DNA from: Acidobacteriota bacterium
Lineage (GTDB): Bacteria; Acidobacteriota; UBA890; WLXD01
NCBI GenBank assembly: GCA_965205505.1
Contig: CBDBHB010000007.1
Span: 480,001 to 544,000 of the forward strand
DNA length: 64,000 nucleotides
Direction of reading: 5' to 3'
A program made the translations under genes and the position numbers. The notes under the pieces are model-generated. The model did no database searches, was not told the origin of the DNA, and worked only from the letters and a program-made list of their open reading frames with translations. Position 1 is the stretch's first letter; each line of letters starts with the position of its first letter. Shown here in pieces: positions 1-8,696 of the stretch.

Positions 1-1
1 A

Positions 2-559
2 GTGGCGGGCGCCATCGCGGTCGTGCGTGCCTCGAACGCTTCGGTGGCTGTGAAGCTGGCCTTCGAGTTTCTAGTGCTGACCGCGTGCCGGTCTGGCGAG
101 GTACGGCTTGCGACGTGGGATGAAATCGACATGGACGCCCGCGAGTGGACGGTTCCGGGCGAGCGGATGAAGTCCAAGCGTCCGCACCGGGTACCATCAT
201 CCGGGTCTGCTGTCGAGATCCTGGCCAAGGCGCGGGTGCTGTCGGACGGGACGGGCCTGGTGTTTCCGTCACCGACAGGAAAAGCGCTGTCCGACAACAC
301 GCTGTCCAAGCTGTTGCGACAGCTCAACATCGCCGCCGTGCCGCACGGGTTCCGTTCATCGTTCCGGGACTGGGCGGCGGAATGCACGAACGCGCCCCGT
401 GCCGTCATGGAAGCGGCGTTGGCGCACGTCGTGGGAGGCGTCGAAGGCGCTTACGCGCGTTCGGACCTGTTCGAGCGACGGCGAAAGCTTATGGACGACT
501 GGGCAGCTTATCTGAGCCAGGAGCGGGGCCAGATGATCGCTATGGTGCGCCGTGGATAG
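2..559 (+). CDS. Tyrosine integrase, P4/IntA-like, C-terminal part (5' end outside window)
   Basis: LTACRSGE (catalytic R), HGFRSSFRDW (HxxR), LAH, AYARSDLFERRRKLM (catalytic Y). Confidence 0.95.
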   Translation: MAGAIAVVRASNASVAVKLAFEFLVLTACRSGEVRLATWDEIDMDAREWTVPGERMKSKRPHRVPSSGSAVEILAKARVLSDGTGLVFPSPTGKALSDNTLSKLLRQLNIAAVPHGFRSSFRDWAAECTNAPRAVMEAALAHVVGGVEGAYARSDLFERRRKLMDDWAAYLSQERGQMIAMVRRG

Positions 560-1229
560 GAACCGCCGCAAGGCTTGGGACGCAGCATTCGCCAAGCTCG
601 ACGAGGGATCGAAGGTTTGGGAACTGCCGACCGAGGAACAGCAAGCGTTGCTTTGCCCTGGCCTGTTCGAGGGATTGAGTGATGTAGAGGCCGCCGAGGA
701 GGCGGCCAACGTCGTGTGCTACTGGCTGCACGGGCGGAACCTATCCCCTATTAAGACGCGCGGTTCGGTGGAAGCGGACAACTGGTTCGCAATGAAGGCG
801 GTGTGGGGCGAGGAGCGCCAAGCCGAGAAGTTGCGGAACATGATCGAGGCTAGCGTTGTCGATCCCGACTATTGGGAGGCGCTGAAACTTATTGTGGTTC
901 GCCTGCTTGGGACCGGCCAAATGTTTCCCGATGACCTGGCCGACTGGGCCATCGCGTTTTTTAAGGATGAGCTGAAACCGCCCCCGAAACACAGGGGAGA
1001 CAAGGGGCACCCGTACTATGCGCAGGAGAATCGGAACTTCGCGATTGCGGAGGTCTTCAACCTGCTCGGGTATTTGGGCTTGGACCGAAAGATGGTTCGC
1101 TATTGGGTGCTGAGCAAGCGCTTCGGTCTTGACGAGCGCACCGTGATGAACGCGATCGATTCCGCCGCCAAGCTCGACGGGAAACTCCCGCTGCCGTGGG
1201 AATGTTGGCCGCCCCCGCCCAACCGATGA
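552..1229 (+). CDS. Hypothetical protein, 225 aa
   Basis: Open frame overlapping the integrase stop; possible C-terminal HTH (LSKRFGLDERTVMNAI); no family recognised. Confidence 0.65.
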   Translation: MDRNRRKAWDAAFAKLDEGSKVWELPTEEQQALLCPGLFEGLSDVEAAEEAANVVCYWLHGRNLSPIKTRGSVEADNWFAMKAVWGEERQAEKLRNMIEASVVDPDYWEALKLIVVRLLGTGQMFPDDLADWAIAFFKDELKPPPKHRGDKGHPYYAQENRNFAIAEVFNLLGYLGLDRKMVRYWVLSKRFGLDERTVMNAIDSAAKLDGKLPLPWECWPPPPNR

Positions 1230-1328
1230 CCCAGCGCGTCCATTTGAAGGCTATCGGCAGATAGCCCGCTAACGCTCGCACCGTCTCTTCACCAATCATG
1301 TGGTCCATCTTGTCGAAAGGAGGACCGC

Positions 1329-1532
1329 ATGTCTGAACCGAGGATTATACGGCGGGCTGAAGTTGAGCGACGGACCGGGGTAGCGAAAGCGACGCTCTAC
1401 AGAATGATGGCGGCGGGAAAGTTCCCGCGCCCGGTCCAGCTGAGCGTGCGCTGCGTTGGTTGGCGCCTGGATGAAATAAACGAGTGGATCGCGTCCCGCG
1501 AGCGGGCTGGCACCGACCGGCCGGCAGCCTAA
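1329..1532 (+). CDS. alpA: AlpA-family regulator/excisionase
   Basis: IIRRAEVERRTGVAKATLYRMMAAGKFPRPVQL..VGW signature; AAGGAGG RBS. Confidence 0.93.
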   Translation: MSEPRIIRRAEVERRTGVAKATLYRMMAAGKFPRPVQLSVRCVGWRLDEINEWIASRERAGTDRPAA

Positions 1533-1621
1533 GCGCGTCCCGTGGAGAAGCTCGAGGCGCGCTTGAGAGGAGTTAGTTACCCTCGACGCGCAGCGGTGCG
1601 GCGCCTAGTGACGAGGCCGCG

Positions 1622-2488
1622 GTGCCAGTGAGATCCCGGCGCGACGGCGCCGTGCTCGCCGCATGCCTCGACCTGCGACGCGTCGGCCGCGAGTGGAGTG
1701 GACCCTGTCCGCGCTGCGGCGGCCGCGACCGGTTCCACGTGCGCGCCGACGGCCTGTTCGGCTGCCGCGGCTGCGGCGAGGATTCGCGCGGCCTGTACCG
1801 CGCCGTCTTGGAGGCGGCCGGTGAGTGGAGAGCCCGCCCCGAGACGCGAACGCGCCGGCGGCCGCCCTGCGAGCGCAAGACCAAGCCAGCGCTAGGCCGT
1901 CGCCGCCTGGCACGCGCCGCCTGGACCGCGGCCAGACCCGCTCTCGACACACCGGCCGAAGCGTACTTGCGACGGCGCGGCGGCTGGCGCGAGACGTTGC
2001 CGCCGTCAGTGCGGTGGCTTCGACTGGCCGACGTGCCCGCGGCCATGATGCCCCGCCGACTCACCGAGCCCGCCGCGGTCACTGGCCTGGTGCTGTTCGC
2101 TTACACGCGCGGCACCGCCGTGCACAGCGTTAAGTGCGAGGCGCTGGCCGACAACGGCGAGCGACTGCAGGATGACGCCGGCCCCTACAAACGCAACTAC
2201 GGAGCCCGCGACGGTGCGCTGTTCGTGGCGCTCGATGCGCCCGGCGGCGACTGGCACCTGACGGAGGGGGAGGCCGACGCGCTGGCCGTGGCGGCCGACC
2301 TGTCAGAGCGCGCCGAGCCTGGCCTGAACGCCACGTCGCGGCTGTTATCCGAGCTCACCCGCGCCGGCAAGTCTGCGGCCGTGCGCCCCTGCTACCAAGC
2401 CGACGACCCGGCCGGCGAGATGGAAGCACCACGCGAGCAAGCGGGCAGCGCTGCTGCCAGGTCCCCAGATAAGGAACGCAATGTCTGA
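1622..2488 (+). CDS. Primase-like protein (P4-alpha-type Zn ribbon plus partial Toprim)
   Basis: GPCPRCGGRDRF..CRGC Zn ribbon, AEAYLRRRG, TEGEADALA; the Toprim DxD region looks shortened. Confidence 0.75.
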   Translation: MPVRSRRDGAVLAACLDLRRVGREWSGPCPRCGGRDRFHVRADGLFGCRGCGEDSRGLYRAVLEAAGEWRARPETRTRRRPPCERKTKPALGRRRLARAAWTAARPALDTPAEAYLRRRGGWRETLPPSVRWLRLADVPAAMMPRRLTEPAAVTGLVLFAYTRGTAVHSVKCEALADNGERLQDDAGPYKRNYGARDGALFVALDAPGGDWHLTEGEADALAVAADLSERAEPGLNATSRLLSELTRAGKSAAVRPCYQADDPAGEMEAPREQAGSAAARSPDKERNV

Positions 2489-3710
2489 GCGCGATCACCC
2501 GCGAGACAATGAATCCCAGGCCGACAACCTGCGCGCGGTGATTCTCACCGCATTGACGACGGACGCAGATCGCAGCGACCGGCTAGACGCCGTGCGCCGT
2601 GTCTACGAGGCCACGCCGGAGACACCGCTCGAGCGCGACGAGGACCTAGTGGCGCGCATTGTCGGGCCGGCGCTCGATGCAGACCGCACCGGCAAGACGC
2701 CGGAGGGCACCGAGGCAGAGGCGGCCGCTCTTGCCGCCAAGCTCATAGCAGCCCGTCCGGCGGAACCGTGCCCGGCGCTGGTGAAAGACCTACCGCGTTC
2801 GCTGCCCGAGGCTCTGATCCAATACTCGCCCGATGTGGCCGACGGCGCGCTGCTCGTGGCGGGCACCGTGACCGTGATCTCCGGCGCTGGCGGCGTCGGC
2901 AAATCTCGCCTCGCACTGCAGCTCGCCATGACCGTCGCCGGAGCGCCGCCCGGCGCATGGGCGAGCACCGGATTCGGGCTCGACGTGCGCGGCGGCCCGG
3001 TGCTCATGGCCGGCTACGAGGACGACCCCGGTGTCGTGCGCTGGCGGTCCGAGACCATGGCGTCGGCCGGCGTCGTCGAGCACCTGCGCGCCGGGTTCGA
3101 TGGCGACGCGCTGTACCACCTGAACATGTGCGGCCATCCGATCTTCGGCCCCGCCGAAGACAGCCGCGGCCTGTACAACGCGCGGCCCGGCAAGCTGCCC
3201 GGCTGGAAGGTGCTGTGGCGGCATGCGCGCGAGCTCCGCGCCCGCCTGGTGATCGTTGATCCGGCCACGTGCGCTTACGTCGGCGAGAGCAACGCGCTCG
3301 CCCCGGTGCGCGAGTTCCTGCACGCGCTAGCCAACGAGGCCGGCGAGATCGGCGCCGGGGTCCTGCTAGTGACGCACGGCAACAAGGCGAGCCGGAGCAA
3401 GGACGCACCGCGCGACGATCCCGGCCGTGTCGGTGGATCGGCGGCATGGGTAGACGGGGCACGCGGTGCGCTCACCATGGCCCCGACCATGCGCGACAAG
3501 ACCAACGCTAAGGGCAAGGGCAAGACGGACCGCGAGCGAGTGTCCGGGCGATGGGATCTCGTGGTGGCGAAGGCCAACTACGGGGCGACCGGTGTGTGCC
3601 TGGAGCTCGACGAACTCGCCGACTCCAAGAAGCGACCCGTCGCCTACCGCCAGGCGACCGCAGTGGGCCTCGACGCAGTGGCGTCGGTGGACTACGGGAG
3701 TCACCTGTGA
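2481..3710 (+). CDS. RepA/AAA_25-family helicase
   Basis: Walker A GAGGVGKS, YEDD, LVIVDP, LLVTHGNK, GGSAAW, KANYG. Confidence 0.88.
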   Translation: MSERDHPRDNESQADNLRAVILTALTTDADRSDRLDAVRRVYEATPETPLERDEDLVARIVGPALDADRTGKTPEGTEAEAAALAAKLIAARPAEPCPALVKDLPRSLPEALIQYSPDVADGALLVAGTVTVISGAGGVGKSRLALQLAMTVAGAPPGAWASTGFGLDVRGGPVLMAGYEDDPGVVRWRSETMASAGVVEHLRAGFDGDALYHLNMCGHPIFGPAEDSRGLYNARPGKLPGWKVLWRHARELRARLVIVDPATCAYVGESNALAPVREFLHALANEAGEIGAGVLLVTHGNKASRSKDAPRDDPGRVGGSAAWVDGARGALTMAPTMRDKTNAKGKGKTDRERVSGRWDLVVAKANYGATGVCLELDELADSKKRPVAYRQATAVGLDAVASVDYGSHL

Positions 3711-5356
3711 GCGGCGATCGGGCGGCCCTGCGCGCTGCCACGATGAAGGCACGCCACGAGGCCGAAGCCTACGCGGCGCTGCACGCTGAGCTCGTAGCGG
3801 ACGGCGAGGCCGATGCGGGCGACCCGCCCCCGGAGCCGGAGCAGATTCGCCGCTTACTCACCACTGGTCGTGACCCGGTGGCCGTGCTCGGGATGTTGCA
3901 CACCGCCGTCCCGGATCTGCCAGCCCCGCCGCGTGACGGCGTCACCAGCGTCGCCCTCTCAGTGTTGCGGCGCGCCGAGGGCCTGGTCCGACCTAATCTT
4001 GGGACGGAGCACGTTGTGCTGACGCTCCAGTGCACGCCTCCTCCGCTGCCGGCGGCGGTACTGACGATCGCTATCGGGCTCGACGTGTACGGTGTGAAGG
4101 TTCCCCACATCGCGGACGGGGATCCACCGGTGCGGATGCTCCTTGGAGAGGATCTCCACCAGTTGTGGACCCTGACACCCGAGCTCAAACACCCACTCGC
4201 GCCGCTCGTGCGCTGGTGGTGCAAGCGGCCGCAGCCGCTCGATCGGCGCCACCTGATCACGCCGGCGATCCTGCGCGGCGATGAGCCTCGGCCACTCGTT
4301 CGAGCGCCGGCCGTTGTGGACCTGTGCATGCTCTCGCCTGTCGAGGCGGTACTGGTCGATGACATCCCGCTCGCCTCAGCGGCGCCGGCCATGCAAGCGT
4401 ACCGCCGGCGACCGATGCGACGCCCCCCCAATCAAGGCGAGCTCAGATTCGCAGGACCTCGCAGCGTAGGCCGTGTGCCGGTGGTGAATCCGATCATCGC
4501 CGCGGTAGAGTCGCTGCCGCTCACCGGCGACGAGCACAACCTGATTCGGGCCGACGTGATCCGACTCGCTGAGCTTGCATACGCGCTCACCGGCCCGGCG
4601 ACCGTGCCCGACGATGCCGGCGCTCGATTCATCGCCGGCGGTGCGGTGACCGATGCCACGCTGCGTCGGTGGTGGAATGCCTGCGCGGTGTTTGGGACCG
4701 CGCTGATGACAATCAACGAGCGCACAAGGGAATGGCTCGACCTTGGTATTGCAACGCACACGCCTGATCTCGGTGTCGTCGAGCTGAGCCCGCCGGCCTG
4801 GTGGCACGGCAAAGGCAAGTTCGTACGGTGGCGTCTGTCCGGTGGCCTGTGGCGCCCGGCGCTCTCGGATGGCAAGCGTGGCGCAGGCGGTACGGCAGAA
4901 CGTCGATCTGCCCTGCATCGAACCGTGGCCGGCCTGGAGTCGCGCCTCGCGTACACGCCGGCTGCCGGCCGCGGCAAACATGGGCGCATCCCCTCCGCGC
5001 ATCGACCGGTACGGCCCGGACGCGCAGGCCACCAGGTGTTTGTACCGTGGCGCGAGGTGCTCACGCTGGCTGGCGAGCACGTGCCACCAGATGCGGGCGC
5101 CAAGTCGAAAGACGGGCGCCGATACGGACGGCGCGTTGTGGCGCTCGTCGAGACCGGCTATCACGTGCCCGTCACCGGCGGCGCAGCACCGGCCGGCGAC
5201 ACGGTGGAGATCGTCAAGCAGGTTCGAGGCGGCCGCGGCCGCGAAGCCGGCTTGGTGATCCGCGCATCGGCGCTGTTCTGCGAGGCCGTCCTGCGCTCGC
5301 AGCGGCGCTCGAACTGGGAGCGTATCCCGGCGGTTCGAGTGCTCGGCGAGAACTAG
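3707..5356 (+). CDS. Large hypothetical protein (~549 aa) coupled to the helicase
   Basis: GTG at 3707 overlaps the helicase TGA (GTGA), with GGGAG upstream; long open frame, no family recognised. Confidence 0.7.
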   Translation: MSGDRAALRAATMKARHEAEAYAALHAELVADGEADAGDPPPEPEQIRRLLTTGRDPVAVLGMLHTAVPDLPAPPRDGVTSVALSVLRRAEGLVRPNLGTEHVVLTLQCTPPPLPAAVLTIAIGLDVYGVKVPHIADGDPPVRMLLGEDLHQLWTLTPELKHPLAPLVRWWCKRPQPLDRRHLITPAILRGDEPRPLVRAPAVVDLCMLSPVEAVLVDDIPLASAAPAMQAYRRRPMRRPPNQGELRFAGPRSVGRVPVVNPIIAAVESLPLTGDEHNLIRADVIRLAELAYALTGPATVPDDAGARFIAGGAVTDATLRRWWNACAVFGTALMTINERTREWLDLGIATHTPDLGVVELSPPAWWHGKGKFVRWRLSGGLWRPALSDGKRGAGGTAERRSALHRTVAGLESRLAYTPAAGRGKHGRIPSAHRPVRPGRAGHQVFVPWREVLTLAGEHVPPDAGAKSKDGRRYGRRVVALVETGYHVPVTGGAAPAGDTVEIVKQVRGGRGREAGLVIRASALFCEAVLRSQRRSNWERIPAVRVLGEN

Positions 5357-5368
5357 GTCGATGTTGTT

Positions 5369-5515
5369 CCGAATGCCGTCCACCAAACTCCCGAATGCCG
5401 TCCACCTATCTCCGGTATATCCCCCACCAGCATTGAAAGTCGGTGCACCCCTACGTCTCTACGACCCTAGGAGTGAGACGTAGGGACGGCCTGACGGCCG
5501 GCCGCCCTACGCTCT
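5369..5515. repeat. Iteron-like direct repeats plus inverted repeat (candidate origin)
   Basis: CCGAATGCCGTCCACC at 5369 and 5391 (22-bp period); CCCTACGTCTC 5449-5459 pairs with GAGACGTAGGG 5475-5485; partial copy near 5505. Confidence 0.7.
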
Positions 5516-5819
5516 GAAAACCTACCAGAACAACCCGCCGGAACACCGAAAGGGTGAGACCTCGACGCGGCCGAAATCTCGGAAATCACAGCCCCCTATA
5601 CCCGAGTGAGCCCCTGTCGAAAGTGCGGAAAAGTGCGCCCCCTGGCTCGGCGGGCTTGAGATCACACCATGCCGCGGGCGGCGGTGTTGCATAAAACCGC
5701 ACCAGTCGGTGTGCGCAACGGTGATCAGCGATGTCGCAAAGATGTTGCAGCGTGGGCACTGGTGATCGATGTCCGCTGCACCACCCCCCGAGCTGGTAGC
5801 ACTTCCATGAGTAACACCG

Positions 5820-6542
5820 CGGGACGAACTCATCCTGGCTCTCGACCTCTATTTCCGAGAACCGGCTGCTAGAGGCAGCAAGTCCCACCCAGCTGTGATT
5901 GAGCTCAGCGGGGTTCTCAACGCGTTGCCGGTTCACGCCGGGAAGTTGCTCGATACGGACTTCAGGAACGCGAACGGCGTCTCGATGAAACTCAGCAACT
6001 TCCTGCGATTCGATCCGGACTACGAGGGATCTGGTTTGACAAGAGGATCCCGGCTCGAGGAAGAGGTATGGGGAACGTTCGCGGACGACCGCAACCATCT
6101 CGGAAGAGTCGTAGCCGCAATCCGGGAAAACATCGGGAGCCGGTCTATTGAACCCACAGGCGCCCTGGCTGGCAACGACACGGTCGAGGCTGAAGAAGGC
6201 CGAATCTTGTCTCGGGTGCATCGAACTCGCGAACGCAGCCGGAAACTTGTGCGGAAGAGGAAAGACCAGGTGATTCGCGCTACCGGCCGGCTTGCATGCG
6301 AAGCTTGCCAATTCGATTTCCGAGCCGGGTACGGTGAGCGCGGCGATGGCTACGCCGAGTGCCACCACACGAAACCTCTAAGCGAGTTGAAGCCCAGTCA
6401 GAAGACGCGGCTAGACGACCTGGCCATTGTTTGCGCCAACTGCCATCGAATGATCCATCGACGTCGACCATGGCTTACGATCGAAGAGCTCAGAGAAGTG
6501 ATCGATCAGCGTGAACGCCGCCTGACAAGGACCAGCCGCTGA
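5820..6542 (+). CDS. HNH endonuclease (McrA-like C-terminus)
   Basis: CEACQFDF, ECHHTKP, VCANCHRMIH. In-frame RDELILALDLYF lies upstream of the tracked start (5895); the ATG at 5808 is one base out of frame. Confidence 0.88.
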   Translation, partial: RDELILALDLYFREPAARGSKSHPAVIELSGVLNALPVHAGKLLDTDFRNANGVSMKLSNFLRFDPDYEGSGLTRGSRLEEEVWGTFADDRNHLGRVVAAIRENIGSRSIEPTGALAGNDTVEAEEGRILSRVHRTRERSRKLVRKRKDQVIRATGRLACEACQFDFRAGYGERGDGYAECHHTKPLSELKPSQKTRLDDLAIVCANCHRMIHRRRPWLTIEELREVIDQRERRLTRTSR

Positions 6543-6641
6543 CCCGTCGCGCTTCTCACTGCCGCTGCATGCGCAGCGCTCGCACGAATCGGAGCTTGGC
6601 CGGAGGCGCCCGTAACTCGCCGAAACGCAAAGCAGCATCGC

Positions 6642-7433
6642 CTAAGTCGGCCACCCTCGGAGACCCTCGACGATTTCCGTCCAGCCGGCGGCGTCCTCTT
6701 CCTCCAAGCTCTCCCGGATTGCCTCGACGTACGCGCGTAGTCTCTCGGGAGACGGCTCGCCCGTGTGTACCAGCCACGTGAGAAACACCAGAAGTGTGTC
6801 GAGACAGTCGAGCTTGCAGTATTCCTCGACGATGCTGTCTTCGCCCCCCAAGATATGGTCGTAGATCGGCTCCGTGAGGAACGCCTTGCCCGGAATGCCG
6901 AACAGCTCACACATCCGTCCGAGCCCGACACGATGGGACGCTCCGTAGCCTGAGAGAACATCCATGAGGTCGACGTGCATGTCGTGGAAGCGACTCTGGT
7001 AGTTGTTCCACTTCCACTCCCCGTCCGTTCGGTAGAACTTGGGTGCCGAGATGCCGTGCAGCATGGAGCGGTAGCGAATCACCGGTAGGTCGAAACCGTT
7101 GCCGTTCCAGGAGACCAGCCGTGGTTGTTTGTCAGCCCAGCGGAACATCGAGAAGAAGCCCTCGAGGTGGCTGCGTTCGTCCATTGCCTCGCCACCCAGA
7201 ACCGCAAGCCTGAAGCTGTTGGACTCCGGGTCCAGGCACGCGACCCCGATGGTCACCACCCGATGGAAGGGGAGCTGCGGGTACTCTGTACGCCCGTCCG
7301 TCTCCTCCATCCGCAGGCTGACCATCTCGTGGACAACGGCGTGGTCGTCTCCGGCCAAGCCGAGCACCCGGCGTCCGATGTCGGGATCGGGGATGGTCTC
7401 GATGTCGAAGGCGACGATGGGGCGGTCGAGCAT
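6642..7433 (-). CDS. Stand-alone PolB-like 3'-5' exonuclease
   Basis: AFDIETIPD, VSWNGNGFDLPV, HVDLMDVL, YCKLD: DEDDy motifs. Confidence 0.9.
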   Translation of the reverse strand: MLDRPIVAFDIETIPDPDIGRRVLGLAGDDHAVVHEMVSLRMEETDGRTEYPQLPFHRVVTIGVACLDPESNSFRLAVLGGEAMDERSHLEGFFSMFRWADKQPRLVSWNGNGFDLPVIRYRSMLHGISAPKFYRTDGEWKWNNYQSRFHDMHVDLMDVLSGYGASHRVGLGRMCELFGIPGKAFLTEPIYDHILGGEDSIVEEYCKLDCLDTLLVFLTWLVHTGEPSPERLRAYVEAIRESLEEEDAAGWTEIVEGLRGWPT

Positions 7434-7512
7434 AGTGCTCTGCGGCTGAGTGTTCGGGCACAGGCACGGGCTGACCGTTAGCTTAGGAGATCCGGGCCGT
7501 CGACGCGAAGGG

Positions 7513-7561
7513 TTGGAGACATATGGAGATGGCCGATGAGGTGGTCGCCAACTCCAACAAA
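7513..7561 (+). repeat. Degenerate copy of the integrase 3' end / att-arm sequence at 34959-35008
   Basis: About 41 of 50 positions identical by manual alignment, same orientation. Confidence 0.75.
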
Positions 7562-7795
7562 CTAGGCCGTCTGGTGCGTCCGCCCGTCCACTTGTCGAAT
7601 TGCAGGGTCAGCTTGCGGGGCGGCTTGGGAATGAACTCAAACCCACGCCAGGAACGCGAACTCGGCTTGCGCTCCTGGCATGCTGCTACTTGGCCGGAAG
7701 ACTCGAGCGCTGTCTAGGCCATCCCGTGACCCGATCGAGAGGACACGTCATAGACAGGCCGGTTGATCCGAAGGCTTGGTGCGAGGGGCAGCGTG

Positions 7796-8674
7796 ATGGC
7801 GACATCCTGTATCGACCTGCTTAGCGACGAAACGTGTCGCGCGTATGTCGAAGCGCGCGAGCGAGAAGTCTACTACCGGTCTCTTTCCCACAAGCGTCCG
7901 ATACGCGACTTCAGGGACTCCGGATTTGGCCCGATCCGCTCGTTCCTCGAGATGACCACATCGAGGTCGATTGAGCAGAAGCTAGACCGAGAACTCTTTC
8001 AACACAGCTTGTCCAGTTTTGAGTTTATCCCGGACTACAAAGAGCCAACCGAAGAATTGCTCTGCAGATATGCCAGCTGGACCGCACCAACCGCATACAG
8101 ACTGCTGCATGCATCCGCGATGCCCAACTTCGGGGCGCTCCATTCGCGATATCAAGTTGCGCGTCGCGAGAACCTGCTGGAACCCGATGATCCGTCGTGG
8201 GATGAGCTCAATCGGGGGTTCAAGTTTCTGCACGACGTATTGTGCATTCGCACATTGCGTTCGAACCTCTACTACGAGACATCGGGCGGACTGCTTACAA
8301 TCGCCCAGACGAGCGACTACTCGGTGAGTCTATGGAGCTTGCTCTTCGACGCTGCCGTCGACGACTGGGCGCTGGACGAAGCCCTTTCACTCCTTGTCGA
8401 GCGTCCTGGCGGCCAGTTCCCCGAAATGTTCGACTTCTTCGGCGAACATGAGTATCGGCAGCTCATCGACAGCCTGGCACGGCTAGCGAGCCGCCTTGTC
8501 ACGGCCGGCGACACAGACAACGCGCGCTTAGTGGTGGCTCAGCTTCAGGACCGCGTATCTGACACGTTGTTCAGTGACAACTCCCTGGCGATCGGGCTCA
8601 CGGAAACGCTGGCGGAGGCTCATCAACGCGTTTCCCGCGGACAAGGGGATCGGATAGTGGTCAGGACCCCCTAG
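7796..8674 (+). CDS. Hypothetical protein
   Basis: Open frame with GAGGGG before ATG 7796; no family recognised. Confidence 0.65.
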   Translation: MATSCIDLLSDETCRAYVEAREREVYYRSLSHKRPIRDFRDSGFGPIRSFLEMTTSRSIEQKLDRELFQHSLSSFEFIPDYKEPTEELLCRYASWTAPTAYRLLHASAMPNFGALHSRYQVARRENLLEPDDPSWDELNRGFKFLHDVLCIRTLRSNLYYETSGGLLTIAQTSDYSVSLWSLLFDAAVDDWALDEALSLLVERPGGQFPEMFDFFGEHEYRQLIDSLARLASRLVTAGDTDNARLVVAQLQDRVSDTLFSDNSLAIGLTETLAEAHQRVSRGQGDRIVVRTP

Positions 8675-8696
8675 CCAAGCCAACAATCTCCTCAGA

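Noticed and set aside
5680-5700. GGCGGTGTTGCATAAA as an IS903-like terminal repeat
   Set aside because: No partner repeat or transposase found nearby.
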